DNA of 64,000 nucleotides from positions 1,075 to 65,074 of IMG/VR virus record IMGVR_UViG_3300010153_000003; one strand, 5' to 3'. Source of the DNA: a virus (taxonomy: Duplodnaviria > Caudoviricetes). Below the pieces are notes generated by a model. It had not been told where the DNA came from and made no database searches. It saw nothing but the letters and a program-made list of their open reading frames with translations. Every line of letters begins with the position of its first letter. Position 1 is the first letter of the stretch. The position numbers and the translations under genes were made by a program. Of the stretch, positions 1 to 8,768 are shown piece after piece.

Positions 1-615
1 GTAGAAAAAGATACTGCAAGAAGATATTGGGGAACAAATAAAGTCACAACAGAAGCAGTTTATACATATACAACTACACAATCAACTAATGAGATATTGT
101 CAGGCACAGCACAGGCATATTCAGCAGAAAGAGCAGGTGTGGAATTGGTATCTTCTACACACGCAGGTAAATATATCAAGGTAGGTAAATGGAATTTAAA
201 AAGAGTTGGAACACTTGGATCTAACGTTTTTATGAAAGTTGAGGATAGTTCTGGAACTATTAAAGGAACAAGTACAGGGGTTGCAGCTTCAGGTATAGGA
301 ACATCTGCTTATGAAGATGTGACATTTACATTACCATCACCAGTAGAATTAGCAAACGGAGATAGAGTTTATGTTGAATATACAGGAACAGATGGTTCAG
401 GCAATTATCTAGCATTTGGAGAAAAACACCCTAGTACAACACCGACAGGTTGGGAATTTACAATTTATAATAAACATAATTCAAGTGGTGGAAGTCCTTC
501 TGGAGCTTGGGGAGATGATGGGTTACCAACTGCTTTAGTTCCTGTTGCCACATTCGATTCAGCACCTGCTTCAAATGTAACTTCCGATAGTATCACTTGG
601 ACTCTGGAGACATAA
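1..615 (+). CDS. Virion fibre/decoration protein, 5'-partial
   Basis: Frame is open from base 1 (VEKDTARRYW...), upstream of the tracked start at 97. Carries the E(T/K)DT..Y...TW module also seen at 1935..2540 and 62976..64000. Confidence 0.6.
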   Translation, partial: VEKDTARRYWGTNKVTTEAVYTYTTTQSTNEILSGTAQAYSAERAGVELVSSTHAGKYIKVGKWNLKRVGTLGSNVFMKVEDSSGTIKGTSTGVAASGIGTSAYEDVTFTLPSPVELANGDRVYVEYTGTDGSGNYLAFGEKHPSTTPTGWEFTIYNKHNSSGGSPSGAWGDDGLPTALVPVATFDSAPASNVTSDSITWTLET

Positions 616-616
616 A

Positions 617-871
617 TTGAGCCAAGAATACTATGACCATCTAAACAGTGGGGAAACATATACCTGTGACAAATGCAAGACAGCAGAATTGGGGGCCTAT
701 GAATATGATCAATATATCAAATATCAATACCATTACTGTGAGCCATGTTGGAATTATATGAGACTAAAGAAAGGCACTTGTACCTGTGGTAATACCATGA
801 CTAACAGAAGCGAAACACCAACAATCTTTATAGACTGTGTATGTGGAAATAAGGTTGAGTTAAAATGGTAG
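617..871 (+). CDS. Small Cys-rich zinc-finger protein
   Basis: CDKC, CEPC, CTC and CVC motifs; abuts both neighbours. Confidence 0.6.
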   Translation: MSQEYYDHLNSGETYTCDKCKTAELGAYEYDQYIKYQYHYCEPCWNYMRLKKGTCTCGNTMTNRSETPTIFIDCVCGNKVELKW

Positions 872-1935
872 AATGGCTAGCAGGAAACCGTATAAGAGGA
901 ACAAGTACAGAACGTAATACTACATGTGGATTTAATTACATATCTGCTATCTCAGGTGGCTGGAAGGAAGTTGGAAGAACAACTTTAGGTTCAGCAGGAG
1001 ATGCTGTTGATATTACAAGTTTACCTGATAAGAGATATTATATGGTCTTGGCAAATATTATCAATTCAGGAAATGCTCAAAATAAATATAGATTAAACGG
1101 AGATACAGGTTCCAATTATGCTAATAGATACTCAACTAATGGTGGTTCAGATTCAACATTTACATGTGAGGCATATTTTTCTTCCAATCCACATCAAGGT
1201 TCATTCAAGTTTAGTCAATTATATATATCTAATGTGGCTTCCAACGAAAAACTTGTCCATCATCATTCAACTTCTAGTTCAGGTTCAGCAGCTTCATCAT
1301 GTCCTGAAAGAATTTTTGGTGTGGCTAAATGGGCAAACACATCAGATGTAATTGATGAGTTTAATATGTTTAATGGTGCAGGTGGAGATTATGCGAGTGG
1401 AACAGAAGTAGTCGTACTTGGCTACGATCCAGATGATACCCATACTGATAACTTTTGGGAACCATTAGCAGATATTACATTAGGTTCAGATGCTTCTGAG
1501 ATTTCAAGTGGAACAATAACTGCAAAGAAATACCTATGGGTTCAGGTATATTTTCAAAATGCTTCAAACTCTGATGATGTTTTGGTCAGATTCAACAATG
1601 ACACAAGTTCTAACTATTCACATAGACACGCTATAAATTATGGTAGTGATACAACACAAACATCAGGCAGTAGCATAAAATTAATTGACAGAAATGCAGG
1701 AGCAGATCAAGGAAGGTTTGCAAACTTCTTTATCGTTAACAATTCAGCAGTTGAAAAGTTACTCATAGCACATGGCGTAGAGGAAGAAACAGCAGGTGCT
1801 TCTAATCCACCTACAAGTAATGAATGTGTAGGAAAGTGGGCAAATACATCATCACAGATAACAGAAATAGATTGCTTTACAAATTCAGGAAATATACGAT
1901 CTGGAGCTAGATTAATAGTGTGGGGTAGCGACTGA
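865..1935 (+). CDS. Virion fibre/decoration protein with two tandem ~160-aa beta-rich repeats
   Basis: N-terminal WLAGNRIRG motif; repeats W....TTLGS...(V/I)(L/W)G(Y/S)D; S/T/G/N-rich. Confidence 0.6.
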   Translation: MVEWLAGNRIRGTSTERNTTCGFNYISAISGGWKEVGRTTLGSAGDAVDITSLPDKRYYMVLANIINSGNAQNKYRLNGDTGSNYANRYSTNGGSDSTFTCEAYFSSNPHQGSFKFSQLYISNVASNEKLVHHHSTSSSGSAASSCPERIFGVAKWANTSDVIDEFNMFNGAGGDYASGTEVVVLGYDPDDTHTDNFWEPLADITLGSDASEISSGTITAKKYLWVQVYFQNASNSDDVLVRFNNDTSSNYSHRHAINYGSDTTQTSGSSIKLIDRNAGADQGRFANFFIVNNSAVEKLLIAHGVEEETAGASNPPTSNECVGKWANTSSQITEIDCFTNSGNIRSGARLIVWGSD

Positions 1936-2540
1936 TGGCATGGGGTAAAGCAGGTTCAACAACCTTGAGTAGTTCAGGAGATGCACTTACAACACCAGAA
2001 TTATCTTCTAACACAAGTTTACAATATTTGTATCATGGATTGCCAACAGGGGGAGAACTTACAGAGTATATGACATTGGGTAGTGGTGGAACAAAAGACA
2101 CAGGAAGCAATTATGCAAATGGTAAATCCTCTAACGGTGGTGGAAAATCTAATTTTTCATCAAGAGCAAATATTGTAAATGCAGCTAAAAGTGGAGCTAC
2201 CACACCTGAATTTGGTGTTGGTTATATTTTTAATCTTGCAGGAGAAGAAAAATTATTAATTTCACATCATGTCAATGCAAGTGCAGATGGTGCAGGAACA
2301 GCTCCAGATAGAGCTGAATCCGTAGCTAAACACGTTCAAACAAGTGCCGTTGATGATATTATTAGTTTTGATAATACAGGTTCAGGAGATTTAGCATCTG
2401 GTTCAAACTTATCAGTATTAGGCTCTGACTTGACACCTGCTGCTGAATCTAATTTAAAAATAAGTGAGGGTGTGATTTTCTATGAAACTGACACTAATAA
2501 AGAATACATTATATACAATAATACCTGGGCTGAAGTCTAG
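1935..2540 (+). CDS. Virion fibre/decoration protein (third repeat plus C-terminal ETDT module)
   Basis: WGKAGSTTLSSSGD...VLGSD repeat, then IFYETDTNKEY...TW; TGATG coupling to the previous gene. Confidence 0.6.
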   Translation: MAWGKAGSTTLSSSGDALTTPELSSNTSLQYLYHGLPTGGELTEYMTLGSGGTKDTGSNYANGKSSNGGGKSNFSSRANIVNAAKSGATTPEFGVGYIFNLAGEEKLLISHHVNASADGAGTAPDRAESVAKHVQTSAVDDIISFDNTGSGDLASGSNLSVLGSDLTPAAESNLKISEGVIFYETDTNKEYIIYNNTWAEV

Positions 2541-2574
2541 GAATCTTTAAATTATACAAAATCACTTATATATC

Positions 2575-3210
2575 ATGGCAACATGTTATGCAACAACTGC
2601 TGATGTAGCAGATTTTCTCAGAATATCAATCACATGTTCTAGTAGTCCTAGTGTAGCACAGGTAGAGAAATTGATCAAAAGAGCAGAGGATAAAATAGAC
2701 CGTAGGACAGGCCATGCATGGAGAACAATATCAACAACAGAAATATTCAGTTTACCATTACTTTATACTTTTGGATGGGGTACATTTATATCATTAAAAC
2801 ATAGAAATATAAAATATAAATCAGGTGCAGATACATGTTTAGATACAGCTCAAGGAGACAAGATAGAAATATGGAATGGGTCAAATGGAACATGGTCAGA
2901 TTACGTATGTACACCAGGATCATATGATATTGAATATATAAAAGGGGAGCTCTATTTAAGAGGATTTATATTCTCAATATTAAGACAAAACAGAGTAAGA
3001 GTAACATACAGATATGGTGATTCATCAGTACCATTAGATATACAAGATGCTACAGTTAAACTAACATGTATAGACTTAATCAGATCCTCAATCAAAATGG
3101 ATGACCTTGAATTTGGCGGTGCTATTAAAAAAGAAGAAGCAATGTCTAAATGGCAAGAAGATACAGACAAAATCATCCGTGATCGTGAAGAGGTGTTTGT
3201 ATTACCTTGA
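2575..3210 (+). CDS. Head-tail adaptor (gp6/gp15-like)
   Basis: YATTADV N-terminus, AEDKID and VRVTYRYG...VPLDIQDA motifs; position before neck/tail genes. Confidence 0.75.
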   Translation: MATCYATTADVADFLRISITCSSSPSVAQVEKLIKRAEDKIDRRTGHAWRTISTTEIFSLPLLYTFGWGTFISLKHRNIKYKSGADTCLDTAQGDKIEIWNGSNGTWSDYVCTPGSYDIEYIKGELYLRGFIFSILRQNRVRVTYRYGDSSVPLDIQDATVKLTCIDLIRSSIKMDDLEFGGAIKKEEAMSKWQEDTDKIIRDREEVFVLP

Positions 3211-3644
3211 CCGGGTTATTTAAAGCAAACTCTAGATCATTAGGCCAGTTAAAAAGAAACCTGAATCACGATATAGGAAATAGAGTAAGAGACGATATGA
3301 AATGGGAATTTGAACAATTACCATCATATTACTATTCATGCAGTAATAAAAAGAAAAGTATAGTGTTTGATGAAACTGCAAAAATTGTAGGCAGTGAGGA
3401 ATGGGCCGTAGCAGCATCAGATACAGGAGGAGACTGGACATGGAGTTCTCCGCCACCATTCAACAAGATATTGGAATGGGTTGTAAAACATTCAGGAATT
3501 ACAAATAAAAGAGACCAGAGAAAAGCAGCCGCAGGTATAAGAAAGAAAATACATCAAGATGGTATAGATTCACATTATTGGGTTGACAGATACTTGGCAG
3601 ATTTCACCCATCAGGCAGGTGCATCAGGGAGTGGTATAGAATGA
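3207..3644 (+). CDS. Putative neck/tail completion protein (HK97 gp10-like)
   Basis: PPPF..I..WV...GI...AA.I..KI...G pattern; synteny. Confidence 0.55.
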   Translation: MTGLFKANSRSLGQLKRNLNHDIGNRVRDDMKWEFEQLPSYYYSCSNKKKSIVFDETAKIVGSEEWAVAASDTGGDWTWSSPPPFNKILEWVVKHSGITNKRDQRKAAAGIRKKIHQDGIDSHYWVDRYLADFTHQAGASGSGIE

Positions 3645-4090
3645 CCATAATTACATATGACGCCATAGACGACCTTAAAACTGCACTATGTGCACAATGG
3701 GATGCAACATGTGCAGGTGGAACTAAGCCAACAATAGACTTTGTTTGGGATAAAAAGGTAGTTGGTTTCGACGGGGACTCTACAGAAAGAATAATGATAG
3801 AGCCGTTATCAGAGCCCATTAAGCCATTCGATCTATATGGAGCTGCATATTGGCATGATTTATTAATAAAAATAGATATTAGATCATATAAATCAGGGGG
3901 AATCACTAGACAAAATCAAATAGTCAAAGAGGTCAGCCGTATCATAAAGAATATAATAAGAAGAAGTTCAGCAGGTTTACTGCAAGTCAGTATAAACAAG
4001 TCAGAAACCAGAAATCAGGACTACAGGAACATGTATAGGCACCTAATTGACCTAAAATACAGTGATGTTGAGAGTCATACCTTCGTATAA
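3641..4090 (+). CDS. Putative tail terminator
   Basis: Size and position immediately before the tail tube gene; IKIDIRS beta motif. Confidence 0.55.
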   Translation: MTIITYDAIDDLKTALCAQWDATCAGGTKPTIDFVWDKKVVGFDGDSTERIMIEPLSEPIKPFDLYGAAYWHDLLIKIDIRSYKSGGITRQNQIVKEVSRIIKNIIRRSSAGLLQVSINKSETRNQDYRNMYRHLIDLKYSDVESHTFV

Positions 4091-4126
4091 ATCTTTATAT
4101 ACAAATTAATGCTAATGTAATATATC

Positions 4127-5140
4127 ATGACAGTACGAACTGGTGCATATGCATATATTCAATGGCGTAAAGAATTAGTATTTGGTACTGAAGCAGCATG
4201 TATAGCAACTGGCAGTACTTTCGGTTTCGAACAAAAAATTACCGGCTGGTCATTTACTCAAAATAAAATTCCATTAACACAATTAAACGATGTAAAAGTT
4301 AAAACATTCGCCTATGGTCAGACCAGAGGATCACTTTCATTGGATTTCATATTATCAAGTCCATGGTTCTTGGGAATAATAGGATTTAAACAAACTCCAA
4401 GTTCAGGATCAGGTCCATATACACATAATTGGGATTTAAGCACATGTTCTGAAGCAATATGCTCATTCAGTGCAGAAATCGGAATTGATCAAAGTAGTAC
4501 AGATGTCGTAAGAACTGTAGTTGGTGGTATTGTTAACAGTGCATCTATCAGCACATCTGTAGGAGAATTGGCAAAAGTTACATTAGATACAAACTATAAA
4601 AATGAAACATTAGGTACTGCATTAGATGCTTCACCAGCAGCATTAACTGTTTGTGAGGCTATTCCATTTACTTTCGCTCACGGTAAATTAGAATTTCCAA
4701 ATTGTACAACAATAGCAGAAGTACAGGATATTAATCTAACAATCACACAAAATGCAGATCATATATTTGGTGTTGGTGATAGTACAGCAAATTCTGCAAT
4801 TAGAAGACTTACAGAAATAACTGGAAGTTTCAAGGCTTCTCATATTAATTCAAATCAATTACGAAAACTATATGCACAACAGAAAGATACTTTGTCTAAC
4901 ACAGATGCTGGAGCAGAGACATTAGCAGTAGAAGAAGTAACATTAAAATTAACATTTGACAACGGTGCAGCAGGTAATGATTCAAGAACAATAATATTCT
5001 CTATTAGCGGTATTGCATTAGACGATCTCAATGTATCTATCGAGCCAAATGAACCAATATACGAAGACATTAACTTCCAAGCAAGAGACTGTACAGTTGC
5101 AGCAGTTAATGAAGTTAGTACACCTCCAGCAAAATCTTAG
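4127..5140 (+). CDS. Major tail tube protein
   Basis: E..FGT, GPYTH, SFSAEIG, PFTFAHG and EITGSF motifs of phage tail tube families; precedes chaperone and tape measure. Confidence 0.75.
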   Translation: MTVRTGAYAYIQWRKELVFGTEAACIATGSTFGFEQKITGWSFTQNKIPLTQLNDVKVKTFAYGQTRGSLSLDFILSSPWFLGIIGFKQTPSSGSGPYTHNWDLSTCSEAICSFSAEIGIDQSSTDVVRTVVGGIVNSASISTSVGELAKVTLDTNYKNETLGTALDASPAALTVCEAIPFTFAHGKLEFPNCTTIAEVQDINLTITQNADHIFGVGDSTANSAIRRLTEITGSFKASHINSNQLRKLYAQQKDTLSNTDAGAETLAVEEVTLKLTFDNGAAGNDSRTIIFSISGIALDDLNVSIEPNEPIYEDINFQARDCTVAAVNEVSTPPAKS

Positions 5141-5175
5141 ATAACACTTATATATATCTTTATGTAATATACATC

Positions 5176-5607
5176 ATGACAATAAAGTCTTTTGAGATAG
5201 ATTATAACGGTAATAAAGAAACTATAGAGTATGAAACTTGTCTTTCATTCGGGGACACAGAAGCTATTATCAATCAATCATTAGATCTATCAGATATTCA
5301 AAAACCTAAAGTAAAACTAGGAAATTTCCGTAAACTAATTCTATTAAAGACTTTAAGAAAGGCACCCTTTTCATTCAAACAAGAGGCAGCAATTAATGGC
5401 GTACCTAACAAAGTAATAAATGACGTATTAGATCACATTATACAAGACTATCCGTTGGTTAATTTTTTAGGGGATTGGATGACGAGCTTCATAGGCTCAC
5501 CGGAGGAGAACGAGCCACAATCGGAGTCTACTCCTTCTGTGCCATCAAGTTCGGATGGACCAAGAGAGAAACCGACGAACATTCAACCGCGTTCCTCAAA
5601 AAAATAA
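5176..5607 (+). CDS. Tail assembly chaperone (gpG-like)
   Basis: Between tail tube and tape measure; contains a slippery heptamer. Confidence 0.7.
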   Translation: MTIKSFEIDYNGNKETIEYETCLSFGDTEAIINQSLDLSDIQKPKVKLGNFRKLILLKTLRKAPFSFKQEAAINGVPNKVINDVLDHIIQDYPLVNFLGDWMTSFIGSPEENEPQSESTPSVPSSSDGPREKPTNIQPRSSKK

Positions 5608-5654
5608 TAGCCTATACTAACGAAAACATGAAAGACGCTATACAATTCAAGTAA
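5176..5654 (+). CDS. Tail assembly chaperone -1 frameshift product (gpGT-like)
   Basis: -1 frame is open from T TTT TTA (5463) to TAA at 5652-5654: RGLDDELHRLTGGERATIGVYSFCAIKFGWTKRETDEHSTAFLKKIIAYTNENMKDAIQFK. Confidence 0.7.
5463..5469 (+). promoter_or_regulatory. Programmed -1 ribosomal frameshift slippery site (T TTT TTA)
   Basis: X XXY YYZ heptamer in the correct phase (AAT TTT TTA GGG); -1 frame has a stop immediately upstream and is open downstream. Confidence 0.7.
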
Positions 5655-5685
5655 TCTTTAAATCTCTTTATGCATTTATAAATAT

Positions 5686-8298
5686 ATGGCAGATTATAAG
5701 CTTAAACTAGAGATAGATGCAGCAGTATTACAGAAACAGCTAGAAACTGCCTTTAAAAAAGGGTTTAAAGGATTTAGTGGCGGTTCAGGCGGATCAGGCG
5801 GAGCAGGTGGAAATGATCAACAATACTATAAACAACAGGAAAAAATAAAAAAACAAACAACTAAACTTAGCCTTCAACAAAGGAAAGAATTAGAAAAACA
5901 CACATATACATTAAAGACTGAATATGCTAAACAAAAATCTCTATTAAGAGCACAAAATATCATGTTAGAAAAATCGGGTGTTCAACAGCAACGAACATTT
6001 AGAATGATAGGAAGCCTATTAGGTGGTAGAATGGGTGGTGCAGGTGGTGCAGGTATGGATCAAATTATTACACTTCTCTCAAGTCAGAGAAAACGTCGTG
6101 GACAAGTAAAAGCTACTCAACAAGCATATGATAATATAGGTCCAGGTCCTATGGCAGGTATTAATAGAGGACCAAGACCAGAACAAGAACCAAATTTATT
6201 CAATGCTATGGCAGACATAGGTGGTAGAATAAAAGATTCACCAATTGGTTCATTTCTTGGAAGCACTAAAAAAACATTTGAAGATAAAGTTCCAGGAGCA
6301 AAAAAAACAGGAGATGTAGCAGGTAAGATAACTTCCAAGATACCACAAGCAGTTAAGATAGCAGGTATTGGAGCAGCATTAGCTGGAGGGGCAGGCCTAG
6401 CAAAAATGATTGTAGACTCATCACCAATGTTAAAACAAATGTTAAAAATATTAAATATAGGTATCATGTTAATACTCAGACCTATAGGAGACTTTATAGG
6501 ATTTATGTTAAGACCATTACTTCTAGAATTTGTCACAAAAGTAGCAGTTCCAGCATATAGAGAAGGAGCTAAAATGGCAAAAGATTTAGGCCCAAAATTT
6601 GGAAAAGCATTACTTTTATTATTTACAGATCTACCTGGATTCTTTGAATTAGCCATAACAAATCCAATAATGGGAAGTTTAGAAAAAACATGGATTAATA
6701 TTGTAACAGCATTAAAAAATCTAGGAAGCATATTTGGAGGAAGTTCAGTTGCAGAGAATGAGGCATGGAAGAATGAACAATATGAATTAATAGATAAAAA
6801 ATATCCAGGACTTTTGGATCAGGGTGCTATAGATGCAAAACTTAAGCCTTTATCTACTGGTTTGGTGAACACTCCAGTCGAAATTGTTGACGATGATTTT
6901 ATGGGACCTCTTGAAGAACATCAAATTTCTCAGACTGAAGCACAAGAAAAGACTACTACTGAAGTAAAAACTGTGGGAGATAAAATAGTAGCATTACCAC
7001 AGCAAATAGCAGATGTGGTAATCGGACCATTAGGAGACATGTTTGCAGGAAGTCTAGAACATATAGTTGCAGGAATGAATTTACCATTTGTAGATGCAAC
7101 AACAAGAAAAGCAGAGGAAGTATTCGATGCAGCAAGAGATCTCGCTAAAGATCTACCAGGTAAGGTATTACCAACTGCTAGTGGGTCTATGGCAATAGAA
7201 GAAGCAGCTAAAGCTAAAGAAAGAGAAGCAATGGACTTACGTCTTGAAAAAGCAAACATAGTAAGGAATGATGATGGTAGTCTTGAAGTGGAAATAACAA
7301 AATTATCACCTGCAGCACAGAGAATATTGGCAGCAGCTAATGAATATAAAGAAGGAAACGTTAATACAGGAGCACAAGCACAAGCAAGTGGAAGATTCGG
7401 AGCAGTTGATCCTCTTGATACTGCTGCAATGGGTGGACTGACTGGTACTGGTGTATTTGAGAAATATGATGCTGGCGGTGGAAACACATGTATGGCATCA
7501 AGAGAAGTTATGGAATATGAAAACTTTGCAGCAGAGAGCAGAGCACAAATGGAAGCTTATTCAAAAGCAATAGAAGAATCAGTAGAAACAGGTGGCACTA
7601 TTAAAGAAGAATATAATAAAATATTGATGGAAACTTCCCAAGCATTGGAAAACCAAGCACAATCAACACAAGTACATGGATTAATGTTGGAGGCTGCGAG
7701 AGAATCTGAAACCAATGTACAATTAATGACTGATGCTACACAAAATATGGCTGATAACTTAAATGCAACCGCAAAATATGTAGCTAATCTTCTTAGAAAA
7801 GCACACAATATAAAAAATAAAGAAGGACAAAGTGAGAATCCAGAAGAAGGTGAACAGGCAGATGGTTTAGAAGATTCATTTAGTATGAACTCAGGAACTA
7901 GACCAATAACGAGAGATAGATATAAAATTACATTAGGTGACGGAAGGATATTCACTCCAGAGTTAAATTCTAGTTCGTTTAGACATCTTAATGAAATACG
8001 TAATTCAGGAGGGCTCTTCAAAGGATCACCTATATTGTCAATAATGAAAATGGCAGCAGGTGGACTTATTACAGAACCAATATTCGGTATAGGTCAAAAT
8101 ACAGGCAAAGGATATTTGATGGGTGAAGCAGGTCCAGAAAGAGTTACACCAGGAACAGGCCCAGCAAGAGAAACATCAGGGGGAAACACTTTCAATATCA
8201 CAATCAATGCGTCAGGTATAGGAGATATAGAAAGACAACTTAAACCGGCAATATTAAAGATGCTTAAGGAATCAACATCAAGGGCAGGTATAGTATAA
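5686..8298 (+). CDS. Tail tape measure protein
   Basis: 870 aa, helical and Ala/Gly-rich with a hydrophobic middle; C-terminal MAAGGLI...MGEAGPE motif. Confidence 0.85.
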   Translation: MADYKLKLEIDAAVLQKQLETAFKKGFKGFSGGSGGSGGAGGNDQQYYKQQEKIKKQTTKLSLQQRKELEKHTYTLKTEYAKQKSLLRAQNIMLEKSGVQQQRTFRMIGSLLGGRMGGAGGAGMDQIITLLSSQRKRRGQVKATQQAYDNIGPGPMAGINRGPRPEQEPNLFNAMADIGGRIKDSPIGSFLGSTKKTFEDKVPGAKKTGDVAGKITSKIPQAVKIAGIGAALAGGAGLAKMIVDSSPMLKQMLKILNIGIMLILRPIGDFIGFMLRPLLLEFVTKVAVPAYREGAKMAKDLGPKFGKALLLLFTDLPGFFELAITNPIMGSLEKTWINIVTALKNLGSIFGGSSVAENEAWKNEQYELIDKKYPGLLDQGAIDAKLKPLSTGLVNTPVEIVDDDFMGPLEEHQISQTEAQEKTTTEVKTVGDKIVALPQQIADVVIGPLGDMFAGSLEHIVAGMNLPFVDATTRKAEEVFDAARDLAKDLPGKVLPTASGSMAIEEAAKAKEREAMDLRLEKANIVRNDDGSLEVEITKLSPAAQRILAAANEYKEGNVNTGAQAQASGRFGAVDPLDTAAMGGLTGTGVFEKYDAGGGNTCMASREVMEYENFAAESRAQMEAYSKAIEESVETGGTIKEEYNKILMETSQALENQAQSTQVHGLMLEAARESETNVQLMTDATQNMADNLNATAKYVANLLRKAHNIKNKEGQSENPEEGEQADGLEDSFSMNSGTRPITRDRYKITLGDGRIFTPELNSSSFRHLNEIRNSGGLFKGSPILSIMKMAAGGLITEPIFGIGQNTGKGYLMGEAGPERVTPGTGPARETSGGNTFNITINASGIGDIERQLKPAILKMLKESTSRAGIV

Positions 8299-8768
8299 TG
8301 GCAGATATAACTCTTAGAAAAGTAAGTGGTCAGTGTGTAGATACAGTGCCAAATGGTACAATTATTACTATAAGAAACTTTCAAACATTGGATTTTGACT
8401 TAAATACACCTATAAGTACAATGGCATTGCCTGAAGAGAATGATAGTAAAGCAATATTGGTGAAAGGTGAAGGAAATACAATGTCAATAAGTATAGCATG
8501 GACACTTAATGATGAATCATCTACAATATCTACTGCTGCAAGTGTGATAACCACTAACGAACAGTTACATTATTGGATTAACAGTTTACAGCCTGACAGT
8601 ATTGAAGATTCATGGGAGATAACAATACCAGGGGACACTACTTCTACAGATATAGTTAGAGGCGGATCTATAAGAAAAATGACATTTAATAAATCTTCAA
8701 ATGCACCTACATTATATGAGGGCAGAATTGAATTTATATCAGGAGATGTAATTGTGGGTGAAGCCTGA
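8298..8768 (+). CDS. Putative distal tail protein
   Basis: Directly after the tape measure gene; beta-rich, 156 aa. Confidence 0.5.
   Translation: MADITLRKVSGQCVDTVPNGTIITIRNFQTLDFDLNTPISTMALPEENDSKAILVKGEGNTMSISIAWTLNDESSTISTAASVITTNEQLHYWINSLQPDSIEDSWEITIPGDTTSTDIVRGGSIRKMTFNKSSNAPTLYEGRIEFISGDVIVGEA

Noticed and set aside
1921-1945. Stop readthrough or selenocysteine fusing 865..1935 with 1935..2540
   Set aside because: The downstream gene is in a different frame (TGATG overlap); ordinary translational coupling explains it.
6117-8021. Long minus-strand ORFs inside the tape measure gene (and similar ones opposite terL, MCM and portal)
   Set aside because: Antisense shadows of strongly biased coding sequence, with no promoters or recognisable motifs.
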